Shown: positions 8,673 through 17,306 of the stretch, piece after piece
How the letters are laid out: each line of letters starts with the position of its first letter
How positions within the stretch are numbered: the stretch's first letter is position 1
IMG/VR virus record: IMGVR_UViG_3300044611_002466
Coordinates: 32,001-96,000 of that record
Strand: one strand, 5' to 3'
Length of the DNA stretch: 64,000 nucleotides
Source of the DNA: a virus
Translations under genes and position numbers: made by a program
Notes under the pieces: generated by a model
Database searches by the model: none
What the model was told of the DNA's origin: nothing
Seen by the model: only the letters and a program-made list of their open reading frames with translations

Positions 8673-9439
8673 GTGCCGAGCTCGGCACGGAGCTCCACCA
8701 TGGGACGGGAGGGATCCACGAGCCCGGCGCCGCTCAGCGCGAGGCCCAGCTCGGTGTCCTCGTGGACCTCGAGGAGGGAGTAGTGGGGCGCTGGAGCATC
8801 CAACACCTCCAGTACTACCCGAGCCCCGATGCTGTGCCGACGGATCCGCTCATGCAGGAGCGGAACTGCCTCGCTGAGAGGGGCGTCGTCCGCGGCGAGC
8901 ACGCCCTCCTCGCAGCCCGGCGCCATCCACCGGACCGGGACCACGATGGAGGTCCGGCGCCCGCTCTCGGTCTCCTCGAACACCCGGGCCGCGAGGTACG
9001 GCGCCAGATGGAGTCGACCCCGCTCCGCATCCCACTCGAGGCCGATACCGCCCCCTACGAGACGACCCTCGACGACCACGCGCCCGGCCGTCTCGAAGAC
9101 ATCCCTGGGGGGCACCCAGAGGTGGTACTGGCGCAGGGGAGCGGGCGCCCCCGCCACACCAAACACGTGCCGACCCTGGACGCGCAGAGTTCCACCATCA
9201 ACGGGAAAGTCCCGCATCGTCGCGTTGATGACGTCCCGGGCGGACACCAGAGTGTCGTCTGACGACACGTAGGGGGCCTGGGCAGCCCACATGCGAGGCA
9301 CACCTCGCTCATCCAGCCCGCCGAGGACGGCCACAGCCGTCCAGTGCGCGGGGATCTTGACGTCTTCCCCGGCCGTCACGCTGGTGGGAGGGAGGTATCT
9401 CCCCTCGACCCCCACCACAAATGCCTTCCTCATCATCAT
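8669..9439 (-). CDS. Hypothetical protein
   Basis: GAGGTG SD; 256 aa; divergent from terminase. Confidence 0.6.
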   Translation of the reverse strand: MMMRKAFVVGVEGRYLPPTSVTAGEDVKIPAHWTAVAVLGGLDERGVPRMWAAQAPYVSSDDTLVSARDVINATMRDFPVDGGTLRVQGRHVFGVAGAPAPLRQYHLWVPPRDVFETAGRVVVEGRLVGGGIGLEWDAERGRLHLAPYLAARVFEETESGRRTSIVVPVRWMAPGCEEGVLAADDAPLSEAVPLLHERIRRHSIGARVVLEVLDAPAPHYSLLEVHEDTELGLALSGAGLVDPSRPMVELRAELGT

Positions 9440-9463
9440 TTTCACCTCGGATGCTGGCGAGAG

Positions 9464-11284
9464 ATGCCAGTACCTTCTTATGACGAGAAGATGAGTCCAT
9501 TTAACGCGTCGGACCCCCTAAGCAGCGCATCCGTGATCAGGCAGCCGTCGGAGGACCGCCTGCTCGAGGAGTACCCCAGCCCCTGGGACTTCGAGCCTCC
9601 GACGCCAGACGCCTCACCGTGGGAGTACGCGAACGCGCTGCAGGACGCCGAAGATCTGATCGAGGTCTCCCCGTCCCAGTTCGTCGAGACCTCGATCTTG
9701 ATGCCAGATGCGGTGTCGAAGACCCTCGTGCCCTTCGATTTCAAGGAGCGCCCGTACCTGCGCCACATCTATGACACGCCGAGCAAGCGCATCCTGTTGA
9801 TGTGCGCTCGGCAGGTCGAGAAGAGTACGACTCTGGGGAACCGGATCCTCGCAGTCTCCTGCATCATCCCGCACTTCCGCACGCTCTACGTGTCTCCGTC
9901 GGCACAGCAGACTCAGGAGTTCAGCAAGACGCGTATCCGCGAGCTGCTCGAGACCTCTTCCGACCTCCGAAGGTGGTTTCCGTCGCACATGACGGACAAC
10001 GTGTTTGAGAAGCGCGCGATCAACCGAAGCACCGTGACGCTGCGGTACGCCTTCTTGAACGCGGACCGCTGTCGCGGACTGCGCGCGGACCTGGTGGCGT
10101 TGGACGAGATCCAGCACATCCACCTCGAGAACATCCCCGTCATCGAAGAGGCCGCATCCCACTCCCCGTACCGGAACTTCATCTACTCGGGCACCCCGCT
10201 CACGCTCGACAACCCGATGGAGCACTACTGGTCGAACTTCTCCACGCAGAACGAGTGGGTGGTGCCGTGCGAGCGCCACGGGGTGCCGAGGGATCCCGGC
10301 TCCTGGCACTGGAACATCCTCGCAGAGGACAACATCGGAAAGTTGGGCCTTATCTGCGACAAGTGTGGCGGGAGAATCAACGCGGCGCACCCGAAGGCGC
10401 AGTGGGTGCCCATGGGCTCCCCCGACCCTACGTTGAGCATCTTCGAGGGGTACCGCATCCCCCAGTTGATGGTTCCGTGGATCGAGTGGAAGGACCTCTT
10501 CACGAAGTACATAAACTACCCGCGCGCGATGTTCTTCAACGAGTGCCTCGGGCTCTCGTTCGACAGTGGGCAGCGGCCGCTGTCGGCGGCCGACATCCAG
10601 GTGAACTGCGATGAGAGGCAGCGCCTCGGTCCCGAGGCCGTGAAGCTATGGCGCGAGAAGCTGGCCGGCGTCCCCCTCTACGGAGGCATCGACTGGGGGC
10701 AGGACAGCTCGAAGTCCTACACCGTGATGAAGGTCGGGGGCTACCTCGAGGGGAAGTTCCGCGTCATCTTCGCGCACCGCTTCGTGGGCGCCGAGTCGGA
10801 CATCCGCGCGCAGATGGACAAGATCTGCCGCATCATCGACACTTTCCAGCTCGCGCGAGTCGGTGTCGACTACGGGGGCGGGCTCCACCCGAACGACGAG
10901 CTCCTGCGGAAGTACGGATCGCAGCGCATCGTGCGCTTCCAGTACTCGACGCCCAGCGTCTACATGAAGTGGGACGCACAGCTGGGGCGCTACGTCATCC
11001 ACCGCTCGGAGGTGATGTCGGCGATCTTCAACGCCATCAAGCGCGGGAACGTCTTCCGCTTCCCATCCTGGAAGGACTTCGCTCAGCCGTTCGCGGCGGA
11101 CATGCTCTCGATCTTCTCGGAGTACAACGAGTTCATGCACATGACGCAGTACAAGAAGACCCCAAACAACACCGACGACTCGTTCCACGCGCTGTTGTTC
11201 ATGACGTGCGCCTCGATGCTGGACGTTCCCCGTCCGGACATCTTCGTCCCGAGTGCGATGATCGACCAGCGCTTGGCGGGCTAA
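9464..11284 (+). CDS. terL: Terminase large subunit (GpA-like, with Cys-containing insert); start 9464 or 9491
   Basis: Walker A CARQVEKST, Walker B LVALDEIQH, SGTP coupling motif, GGIDWG nuclease Asp, C-terminal DDSFHA. Confidence 0.92.
   Translation: MPVPSYDEKMSPFNASDPLSSASVIRQPSEDRLLEEYPSPWDFEPPTPDASPWEYANALQDAEDLIEVSPSQFVETSILMPDAVSKTLVPFDFKERPYLRHIYDTPSKRILLMCARQVEKSTTLGNRILAVSCIIPHFRTLYVSPSAQQTQEFSKTRIRELLETSSDLRRWFPSHMTDNVFEKRAINRSTVTLRYAFLNADRCRGLRADLVALDEIQHIHLENIPVIEEAASHSPYRNFIYSGTPLTLDNPMEHYWSNFSTQNEWVVPCERHGVPRDPGSWHWNILAEDNIGKLGLICDKCGGRINAAHPKAQWVPMGSPDPTLSIFEGYRIPQLMVPWIEWKDLFTKYINYPRAMFFNECLGLSFDSGQRPLSAADIQVNCDERQRLGPEAVKLWREKLAGVPLYGGIDWGQDSSKSYTVMKVGGYLEGKFRVIFAHRFVGAESDIRAQMDKICRIIDTFQLARVGVDYGGGLHPNDELLRKYGSQRIVRFQYSTPSVYMKWDAQLGRYVIHRSEVMSAIFNAIKRGNVFRFPSWKDFAQPFAADMLSIFSEYNEFMHMTQYKKTPNNTDDSFHALLFMTCASMLDVPRPDIFVPSAMIDQRLAG
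9475..9482 (-). promoter_or_regulatory. CATAAGAA motif copy 1
   Basis: 36 nt upstream of the 9439 start; identical copies at 11837 and 12370. Confidence 0.45.
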
Positions 11285-11291
11285 AAGGGAA

Positions 11292-11319
11292 GCGGAGGGG
11301 GCTTGTGGCCCTCCCCCGC
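11292..11319. terminator. Imperfect GC hairpin between convergent genes
   Basis: GCGGAGGGGGC..GCCCTCCCCCGC just after the terL stop. Confidence 0.4.
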
Positions 11320-11344
11320 ACTCCCCCTCAGTCCGCCGACGGTC

Positions 11345-11788
11345 TCAGCCGGTCGCCTTCGCGTCCGACTCGACCTCCGCCTCGGCCTCCGCCACGACGG
11401 GCTTGTTCGCGGCGGCCACGAGGGACTCCGCGAACAGGCGAGCCTGTCGCTCGGTCTTGCCGTGGACCCCGGCGTGCATCTTCAGGAGCCCGGGATCCGC
11501 CAGCATGGCCGCCCCGAACTGCCCAAGCTGCCGGGAGTTCTCCTCATACAGGACCTTCGCGTCCTTGCCGAGGAACCGGAATCCGGCCTCCGTGACGAGC
11601 ACCACACACACGGCGGCACCGATGGCCACCTTCATGGACGCCGTGACCGGGACGCCCTTGATGTAGGTGGCGACGGCGGGGATGCCCCAGCCGACGATGG
11701 CGGCGGTCGCGGCGCCGGTGACTGCGGGGGCGCCGACGATCCCGAAAGCCTTCCGGCGGAACACATTCAGTCGGGTGATGAACTGCAT
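11345..11788 (-). CDS. Predicted membrane protein (two hydrophobic segments)
   Basis: AGAGG SD before ATG 11788; GIVGAPAVTGAATAAIVGWGIP and VAIGAAVCVVLV. Confidence 0.65.
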   Translation of the reverse strand: MQFITRLNVFRRKAFGIVGAPAVTGAATAAIVGWGIPAVATYIKGVPVTASMKVAIGAAVCVVLVTEAGFRFLGKDAKVLYEENSRQLGQFGAAMLADPGLLKMHAGVHGKTERQARLFAESLVAAANKPVVAEAEAEVESDAKATG

Positions 11789-11836
11789 GAGCGTACCTCT
11801 TCTGGGTGTAGTTGACATGCGTGGGTGCTGTCACTG

Positions 11837-11844
11837 TTCTTATG
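11837..11844 (-). promoter_or_regulatory. CATAAGAA motif copy 2
   Basis: Intergenic; context AAAAG-TGGT-CATAAGAAC. Confidence 0.5.
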
Positions 11845-11861
11845 ACCACTTTTCAGTGGTT

Positions 11862-12341
11862 TTAGCACCACAGCTGGAGCAGGGGGGTCGCCCCGGCCTT
11901 CTGCGAAGAGTGCACGCGCACCTGCGCCGCCTCCGCCTGGTTCGCCCTGTGGTGCAGGTCCGTGACCTGTGCCGCCAGGACCCGAAGCAGCGCGCCTTCC
12001 TCGGCCCGCACCCGCCCCAGCTCATCCACCTCCTCCGTGAGGGCCTGGAGCTTGGCATCCCGGGCAACGAGCGCCTGTTCCAGCTCGTCCGCCTTCACCA
12101 GCACGTGCTGGCGTGCCTTGTACTCGGACGCGCTGTTCTCGAGCGCGGAGATCCGGCTGTCATGGCGAAGCAGCGCGGCGGCGCTTTCATGGCCAGCAGC
12201 CGGTACATCGGCCACGGGCGGTGTCACCGGAACGGGCGGCTTCGCGGGGGGCGGTGTCGGGGCAGTGCGTGTGACCACCGGACCACGTGCCACGCGATCC
12301 ACAGCGTCCGCTGCTGTGGTATCTCTGTTTGTCGTCGACAT
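11862..12341 (-). CDS. Pro-rich linker plus coiled-coil protein
   Basis: CAGGAG SD; heptad-like C-terminus. Confidence 0.65.
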   Translation of the reverse strand: MSTTNRDTTAADAVDRVARGPVVTRTAPTPPPAKPPVPVTPPVADVPAAGHESAAALLRHDSRISALENSASEYKARQHVLVKADELEQALVARDAKLQALTEEVDELGRVRAEEGALLRVLAAQVTDLHHRANQAEAAQVRVHSSQKAGATPLLQLWC

Positions 12342-12369
12342 GAACACTCCTGGAATGCGACTTCCAGGG

Positions 12370-12377
12370 TTCTTATG
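12370..12377 (-). promoter_or_regulatory. CATAAGAA motif copy 3
   Basis: Intergenic; context AAAAG-CAGA-CATAAGAAC. Confidence 0.5.
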
Positions 12378-12384
12378 TCTGCTT

Positions 12385-13107
12385 TTAGCGCTCCTTCTTT
12401 CGACGGACGCGCGAGAGGAGCGACTCCCGGATGGACGCCGGCGAGTCCAGCAACGACGCGCGCTTGAGCTCTCGGTCTGGATCTGCGTTGTACAGATCGT
12501 CGTAGCAGAGGGCCGCGACCCGAAGACGTCTTCGCCCTTCCGTGAGACGCCGGTGCATCATCTGGAGGTCCAGGTCGGTCTTGTACGAGGGATGCTCGTG
12601 CGTGTAGACGATGAGCGCAATGCAGAGGCGCAAGAACACGCTCCACGGGCGCGCACCGGGTACAGCCGCGGCGACCACCGCGAGGTCCTCCTCGTTGAGC
12701 TGGACGAAGAGCTCCGCCCACTGGGCGAGGGCGTCCACGGTCCAGCCCGTCTTCAGCAGGTCGGCGGTCGCCGCCTCGTGGATGGAGCGCGCAGTCGGAA
12801 CGTCGAGACGCAGCGGAACCTCGTGCATGTCCAGCACGCGCAACACCACGTCCATCTCTGAGCGCAGCCGGCGAAGGGCCGCCTTCAACTCCAGAACCTC
12901 CCCGCGACGCTCGAGGGGGGTCCGTACCGTCTGACGAAGGCGGTCCTTGCGGAGCTCCTCGACCTCGAGTGGTTGCAGCCACTTGCGGCGGCTGTTCGGC
13001 GACTTGGTGGTCGACAGCAGTCCCTGTGCGATGTAGCTCCGCACGGAGCGATGGGTAACTCCGAGGTGTCGTGCGGCTTCTTCGACCGACATCGCTGCTT
13101 CTGCCAT
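12385..13107 (-). CDS. MerR/excisionase-type HTH DNA-binding protein
   Basis: MSVEEAARHLGVTHRSVRSYIAQGLL N-terminal winged HTH. Confidence 0.8.
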   Translation of the reverse strand: MAEAAMSVEEAARHLGVTHRSVRSYIAQGLLSTTKSPNSRRKWLQPLEVEELRKDRLRQTVRTPLERRGEVLELKAALRRLRSEMDVVLRVLDMHEVPLRLDVPTARSIHEAATADLLKTGWTVDALAQWAELFVQLNEEDLAVVAAAVPGARPWSVFLRLCIALIVYTHEHPSYKTDLDLQMMHRRLTEGRRRLRVAALCYDDLYNADPDRELKRASLLDSPASIRESLLSRVRRKKER

Positions 13108-13138
13108 GAACCCCCCGTGCGCGTTGCCGGAAAAGGGA

Positions 13139-13144
13139 TATACT
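13139..13144 (+). promoter_or_regulatory. sigma70-like -10 box (TATACT) upstream of the head operon
   Basis: AT-rich intergenic spot about 40 nt before ATG 13184; no clear -35. Confidence 0.45.
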
Positions 13145-13183
13145 CGGTCGGTACGCGTAACACGGCGCTGGGGTAACCACGAG

Positions 13184-14101
13184 ATGGCCCACTTCTACGA
13201 AGTGACAGAGCACTCCCTGCGGGACTTGTCCTCGCGGGCCGTTGCGCTTTGCCGCGGCTCGCATCCTGAAGGGCCGTGCTCTCCGACGGACGCCGTCATC
13301 AAGGTGGCATCCTCGTTCAGCGACGCACAGCTCACGAATGAGCACATCAAGCGCATTTGTGAGATGACGTACCACGGCATCTTCGAGCAGCGCTTCCAGG
13401 ACAGCACTGGCGGAGACCGGATGATCGCCTTCGACCCCCCTGATGCAGAGAAGGCGGCCAGCGCGCTGCGCGTGCGTCGCCTCGACTCCTTCGCGAAGGC
13501 GGCGTCGGCCTCCCCCGGGAGGGTGGAGACGGGGATGAACAAGAACGCGGATGCACCCCGCCGGCTCGGCCCCCCGGCCCTCACCAACGCGTTCAGCGCT
13601 GCCATGGGCACCTTCAAGGCAGACGAGACCGCGATGCGGAAGGAGGCGCTCTCCACACTTCGACACCTCCACGGGCAGTTGAAGGAGGCGACCGCGTCGC
13701 TTCAGGTCGAGGTCTCCACCGCCGACAGCTCCGAGAAGGTGGCCTTCCTGGACTTGCTCGATGGTGCCGTGCACGCCACCCGACAAGGGGCCACCGCGAC
13801 CGAGGTGACCTCGGTCTGTCTCGAGCTCGCCAAGCGGGCTGGGGTCGACGACGAGCTCGTGCTCTCAGGCCTCGCTACCGACCTGCTGCGCGGACTCGAC
13901 CAGCGTGGTGTCCTCCAGCGCGGGGAGAAGGTGGCCAGCCTGAGCGGCTTGTCCGCGAACACGCGCCACCCGCTGTGTGCGAAGGTGGAGAAGGTGGCCA
14001 GCCTCCGGGGCTACAAGCTCCACGGGGAGATCGCGCTACAGGACCTGCGCCAGCAGATGCACCGAGTGGACCAGGAGATGAAGGATGGCCGCTACCGGTA
14101 G
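13184..14101 (+). CDS. K-x-A-rich putative head/core protein
   Basis: 10 of 15 Lys in K-x-A (KVAS x3, KAAS x2, KNAD, KEA x2, KVAF, KRAG). Confidence 0.75.
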   Translation: MAHFYEVTEHSLRDLSSRAVALCRGSHPEGPCSPTDAVIKVASSFSDAQLTNEHIKRICEMTYHGIFEQRFQDSTGGDRMIAFDPPDAEKAASALRVRRLDSFAKAASASPGRVETGMNKNADAPRRLGPPALTNAFSAAMGTFKADETAMRKEALSTLRHLHGQLKEATASLQVEVSTADSSEKVAFLDLLDGAVHATRQGATATEVTSVCLELAKRAGVDDELVLSGLATDLLRGLDQRGVLQRGEKVASLSGLSANTRHPLCAKVEKVASLRGYKLHGEIALQDLRQQMHRVDQEMKDGRYR

Positions 14102-14369
14102 TGCCCCGCAGGGCCCCCTCACGGAGTGGGCAAAGTCCGCTGGTCTCATCTCCGACGGAGCCACCGCGGCCGGCCGCGGCTTGAGCGCGTTGGGCAAAGG
14201 CGTCTGGCGGGCCGCGGGCGTAGCAGCCCCTAACCCCATCGCACGTGCAGGACTCATCGGTGCGAGCGGCCTCGCCCTCAAGACGCAGGTCCCGCAGCTT
14301 GCCGGGCGTGCGACCCAGGACTACCACTACGCCCACGGTACCACTCCAGCTACGAGTCGAGGATTCTGA
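14085..14369 (+). CDS. Small Gly/Ala-rich head-region protein
   Basis: WAKSAG motif, amphipathic segments. Confidence 0.6.
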   Translation: MAATGSAPQGPLTEWAKSAGLISDGATAAGRGLSALGKGVWRAAGVAAPNPIARAGLIGASGLALKTQVPQLAGRATQDYHYAHGTTPATSRGF

Positions 14370-15358
14370 TGGATGCTGCGCTCATCATTGCTTTGGACGG
14401 GGCTTTCGACGAGGGCCGAGGTGGTGCGGCTGAGGTTGCCCGTACCATGAAGTTGGCTGGCATGTTGGGGCTGCAGAAGGAGGCGCTCAATCTCCCGCCC
14501 AGCGTGATGAACGCCCTCGGCAAGCTCGCGCCTTCCGACACGACGCGCAGCGCCGTCATCAACGGGCTCGCGACCAGCGGCGCGATCGGGGCAGCGGGGC
14601 TGGGCACCCGCGCCCTCTTCTCCGGAGCGCGCGCCTTGGGGGAGCGCTTCTCCAAGAAGAAGGACCTCGAGAAGATCCTGGAGACCTTCCCCCGTCTGAA
14701 GGAGTACCCGCGGGCAGAGGTGGAGCTGGCGTACAACTCCATCAGGCACATGAACCCGCACATCGCGGCCGACCCCCTCGCCGGCGGCTCCCTCCTCGGG
14801 CAGGTGTTGCGTCAACGCGACTCGTTGGACCCGAAGACGATGCGAATGGAGGTCGACCTCGCGGGGAACCTGTTGCGCCTCCGTCCCGAGGACCAGCACA
14901 TCGGAGAGGAGATCGTGCGCGACGCCGTGAGCACCGGCATGGCCATGGGGTTCCAAGAGGCCGCCAAAACGCGCGATCGTCAGATGGCGGAGGCATTTCA
15001 GCGCGCCGAGAACAAGCAGAACCGCGACGCTGCGACGGACGCGCAGACGCGTCAGCTGCGCGCCCAGGGCGGCCAGGCGCAGGCCAGCCTGAACCTCAAG
15101 AAGCAGGAGATGGCCAACCGCGCCAAGGAGATGGCCGCCGCGCGTGCAGCGGCCGAGCGGGACTCGAAGACCGAACACGGACGTCGCGTCTCCCTTGCTG
15201 AGCAGATGCAGAAGTTTCAGCGCGACGAGAACATCGACAGCCACGAGAGGCAGGATCGACGCGAGGGCATCAAGGCGACGTTGCGAGGCACCGTCCCCGG
15301 GCCGACCACTCCAACGCTCAATCAGATCCTCGCCAAATACCCCCACCTGCGCCCCTAA
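14369..15358 (+). CDS. Head-region protein with hydrophobic segment and coiled coil
   Basis: KLAG and KEAL motifs; NGLATSGAIGAAGLG segment. Confidence 0.7.
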   Translation: MDAALIIALDGAFDEGRGGAAEVARTMKLAGMLGLQKEALNLPPSVMNALGKLAPSDTTRSAVINGLATSGAIGAAGLGTRALFSGARALGERFSKKKDLEKILETFPRLKEYPRAEVELAYNSIRHMNPHIAADPLAGGSLLGQVLRQRDSLDPKTMRMEVDLAGNLLRLRPEDQHIGEEIVRDAVSTGMAMGFQEAAKTRDRQMAEAFQRAENKQNRDAATDAQTRQLRAQGGQAQASLNLKKQEMANRAKEMAAARAAAERDSKTEHGRRVSLAEQMQKFQRDENIDSHERQDRREGIKATLRGTVPGPTTPTLNQILAKYPHLRP

Positions 15359-17248
15359 ATGGACAAGTACTTCCAGCTCCACGGGAAGGTCGCCGATGGG
15401 CGCCCGCTGATTCACCTGGTGGAACCCGGCTCGAGGTATGGGGCGGGCGAGTCTGCTGGCCTGCAGAAGGTCGCCAACGGGGAGCATCTGCCTGAGGTGC
15501 TGGAGCTCATCGAGGCCATCCAGCCACAGCCGGATCGCATCTACCTCGTAAACAGCGCACTCGGCGCCGGCGAGTACGTGGGCTTCAACCTGCGCGGTGA
15601 CTGGTTCGGGGAGAAGGGCCTGCTCCACACCCCGCCAGGGTGGGATCGGATCCCGGTGTGGGATGTGGAGGCGCGGCGACGCGCGGCGAGTGCGACTGCG
15701 CAGGCCGGAGAGTGGGGCTCCCTGGCGTGGGGCTACCCCACGTTCATGAACGCACACCGGTTTCGCCACCATGTGAACAAGGACCCAGAGAGGGCGTACG
15801 GCTACGTTCTCGGGGCGTTCTGGGACGCACGCATGCACCGCGTGGTCCTGGTCTCCGAGCTGGTCCGCGACATGTGCATGCGCCTGGGCGCAGTGGATCT
15901 CTACGATCGCATCGCTGGCGGGGAGTTCCCCGATACCTCGATGGGCGCGAAGGTGCCGTACGATCGCTGCTCGATCTGCAACCACTACGCACGCTCGCCC
16001 GCAGAGTACTGCCTCCACGTACGTCAGGGCGCACCGCCCCCCTACGGAATGCGTTCGATCCTCCGCGACGGACGCATGTGCGGCGTCTACAACGACTACC
16101 CGCGGTTCTTCGATGACTCGTTCGTCTTCGTGGGGGCGGAGCGGTCGGCCAAGATGCTGGCCAACATCACCTCGCGACTGCGAGGCTCCTACCCCTACAC
16201 GAACCAGCTGTACCAACCGGGGGCGTTCGTCTCGACACGAGACGCCACCGCCGCTGCCGTCACGTCCCCCCTTGATGAGCGCAGCGAGGGGCTGGGCCTC
16301 GCCGTGGCCCGCGTCCTCAACTCCAGGGTACGGGGACCGACGGAAGGTCGAGTGGGTGAGGCCATCTCGCAGGCGCTGTCCGCCTTCCCGACGAAGGACG
16401 ACGCCGAAGCAAAGGCTCTTCGGCATGCCGAGGAGTCCCTGCGTCGACGAGCCGCAGTCACGGATGGCACAGTCTCGGAGGATGAATACAGGTTCTGGGA
16501 GGGCAATGCCTCCAAGGACCTGACCATCACGCACGGGGTAACTACCGCGCAGAGGGACCGGGCGATTGCCCTTCTGCGCTCCCGGATGGATCAGAGCGTC
16601 GAGAAGGTCGGAACGCTGGCAAAATGGGCCACTTTGACGAAGCGGCTGTCCGTACCGAGCGCGGCCCAAAGCGCCCTCCTTCGGGATCATGTGGGCCGGC
16701 TGTCGCCCGTGCTGCCGCAGCAGGTGTACGACGCGTGCAGCTCCTCGGTGCCTGGCATGTGGGGCGGACTGTCCGACCTGTCTGCGCTCGGCGTCGTCCT
16801 TCGTCCGGAGGAGTTCCAGCAGTGTGCGCTGCGTGGAATGGGCGAGGACGCGCTGCAGGAGCGCTGCACGCGGGAGGGACTTCGCTTTCAGAGCACCCCG
16901 CGGGACCCCTACCACGAGCCCCGCTGGATTCCATCCGACCCAAGACCGGGCAATCTACAGCTCCTGACGCGGGCCCTGGGCGCGATGGTTCGGGAGCGCT
17001 CGTTTGCCCCCGCCGTTGTGCAGATGCGCATCCAGGCACCCCCGCCCACTCGAGCCGACAATCCAGGAACCGCCCTGGATCACCCGATCTTGAATCAGGT
17101 GTCTCAGCTGTATAATGACTACCGGATGGGGCTGTTGACGCGGAGCATCCCCCAGGGGTATGTATCGGTGGACGTCCACAGCGCGGGTAAGACCGCTTCG
17201 ACAGCAGAGGCAGTCTCCACTCTCCTCTTCCATCTTGCGTACTGGTAG
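15359..17248 (+). CDS. Prohead (capsid maturation) serine protease, HK97/assemblin fold, with Cys/His insert and long C-terminal extension
   Basis: NLRGDWF, F..AH.F.HH.NKD (His), DTSMG (Ser), CSIC...C.H, FFDDSFV..GA motifs; upstream of MCP. Confidence 0.8.
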   Translation: MDKYFQLHGKVADGRPLIHLVEPGSRYGAGESAGLQKVANGEHLPEVLELIEAIQPQPDRIYLVNSALGAGEYVGFNLRGDWFGEKGLLHTPPGWDRIPVWDVEARRRAASATAQAGEWGSLAWGYPTFMNAHRFRHHVNKDPERAYGYVLGAFWDARMHRVVLVSELVRDMCMRLGAVDLYDRIAGGEFPDTSMGAKVPYDRCSICNHYARSPAEYCLHVRQGAPPPYGMRSILRDGRMCGVYNDYPRFFDDSFVFVGAERSAKMLANITSRLRGSYPYTNQLYQPGAFVSTRDATAAAVTSPLDERSEGLGLAVARVLNSRVRGPTEGRVGEAISQALSAFPTKDDAEAKALRHAEESLRRRAAVTDGTVSEDEYRFWEGNASKDLTITHGVTTAQRDRAIALLRSRMDQSVEKVGTLAKWATLTKRLSVPSAAQSALLRDHVGRLSPVLPQQVYDACSSSVPGMWGGLSDLSALGVVLRPEEFQQCALRGMGEDALQERCTREGLRFQSTPRDPYHEPRWIPSDPRPGNLQLLTRALGAMVRERSFAPAVVQMRIQAPPPTRADNPGTALDHPILNQVSQLYNDYRMGLLTRSIPQGYVSVDVHSAGKTASTAEAVSTLLFHLAYW

Positions 17249-17306
17249 GTAGCCACCATAGTGGCGATAGAAGCCCTCCTCTCTGCGAACACCTCGGAGC
17301 TCCCAG

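Noticed and set aside
11345-11788. Holin call
   Set aside because: Hydrophobic segments present, but no endolysin or spanin nearby; left as membrane protein
12385-13107. Excisionase, implying a prophage
   Set aside because: No integrase, att-like repeats or host genes in the window; the HTH is fused to a long helical domain
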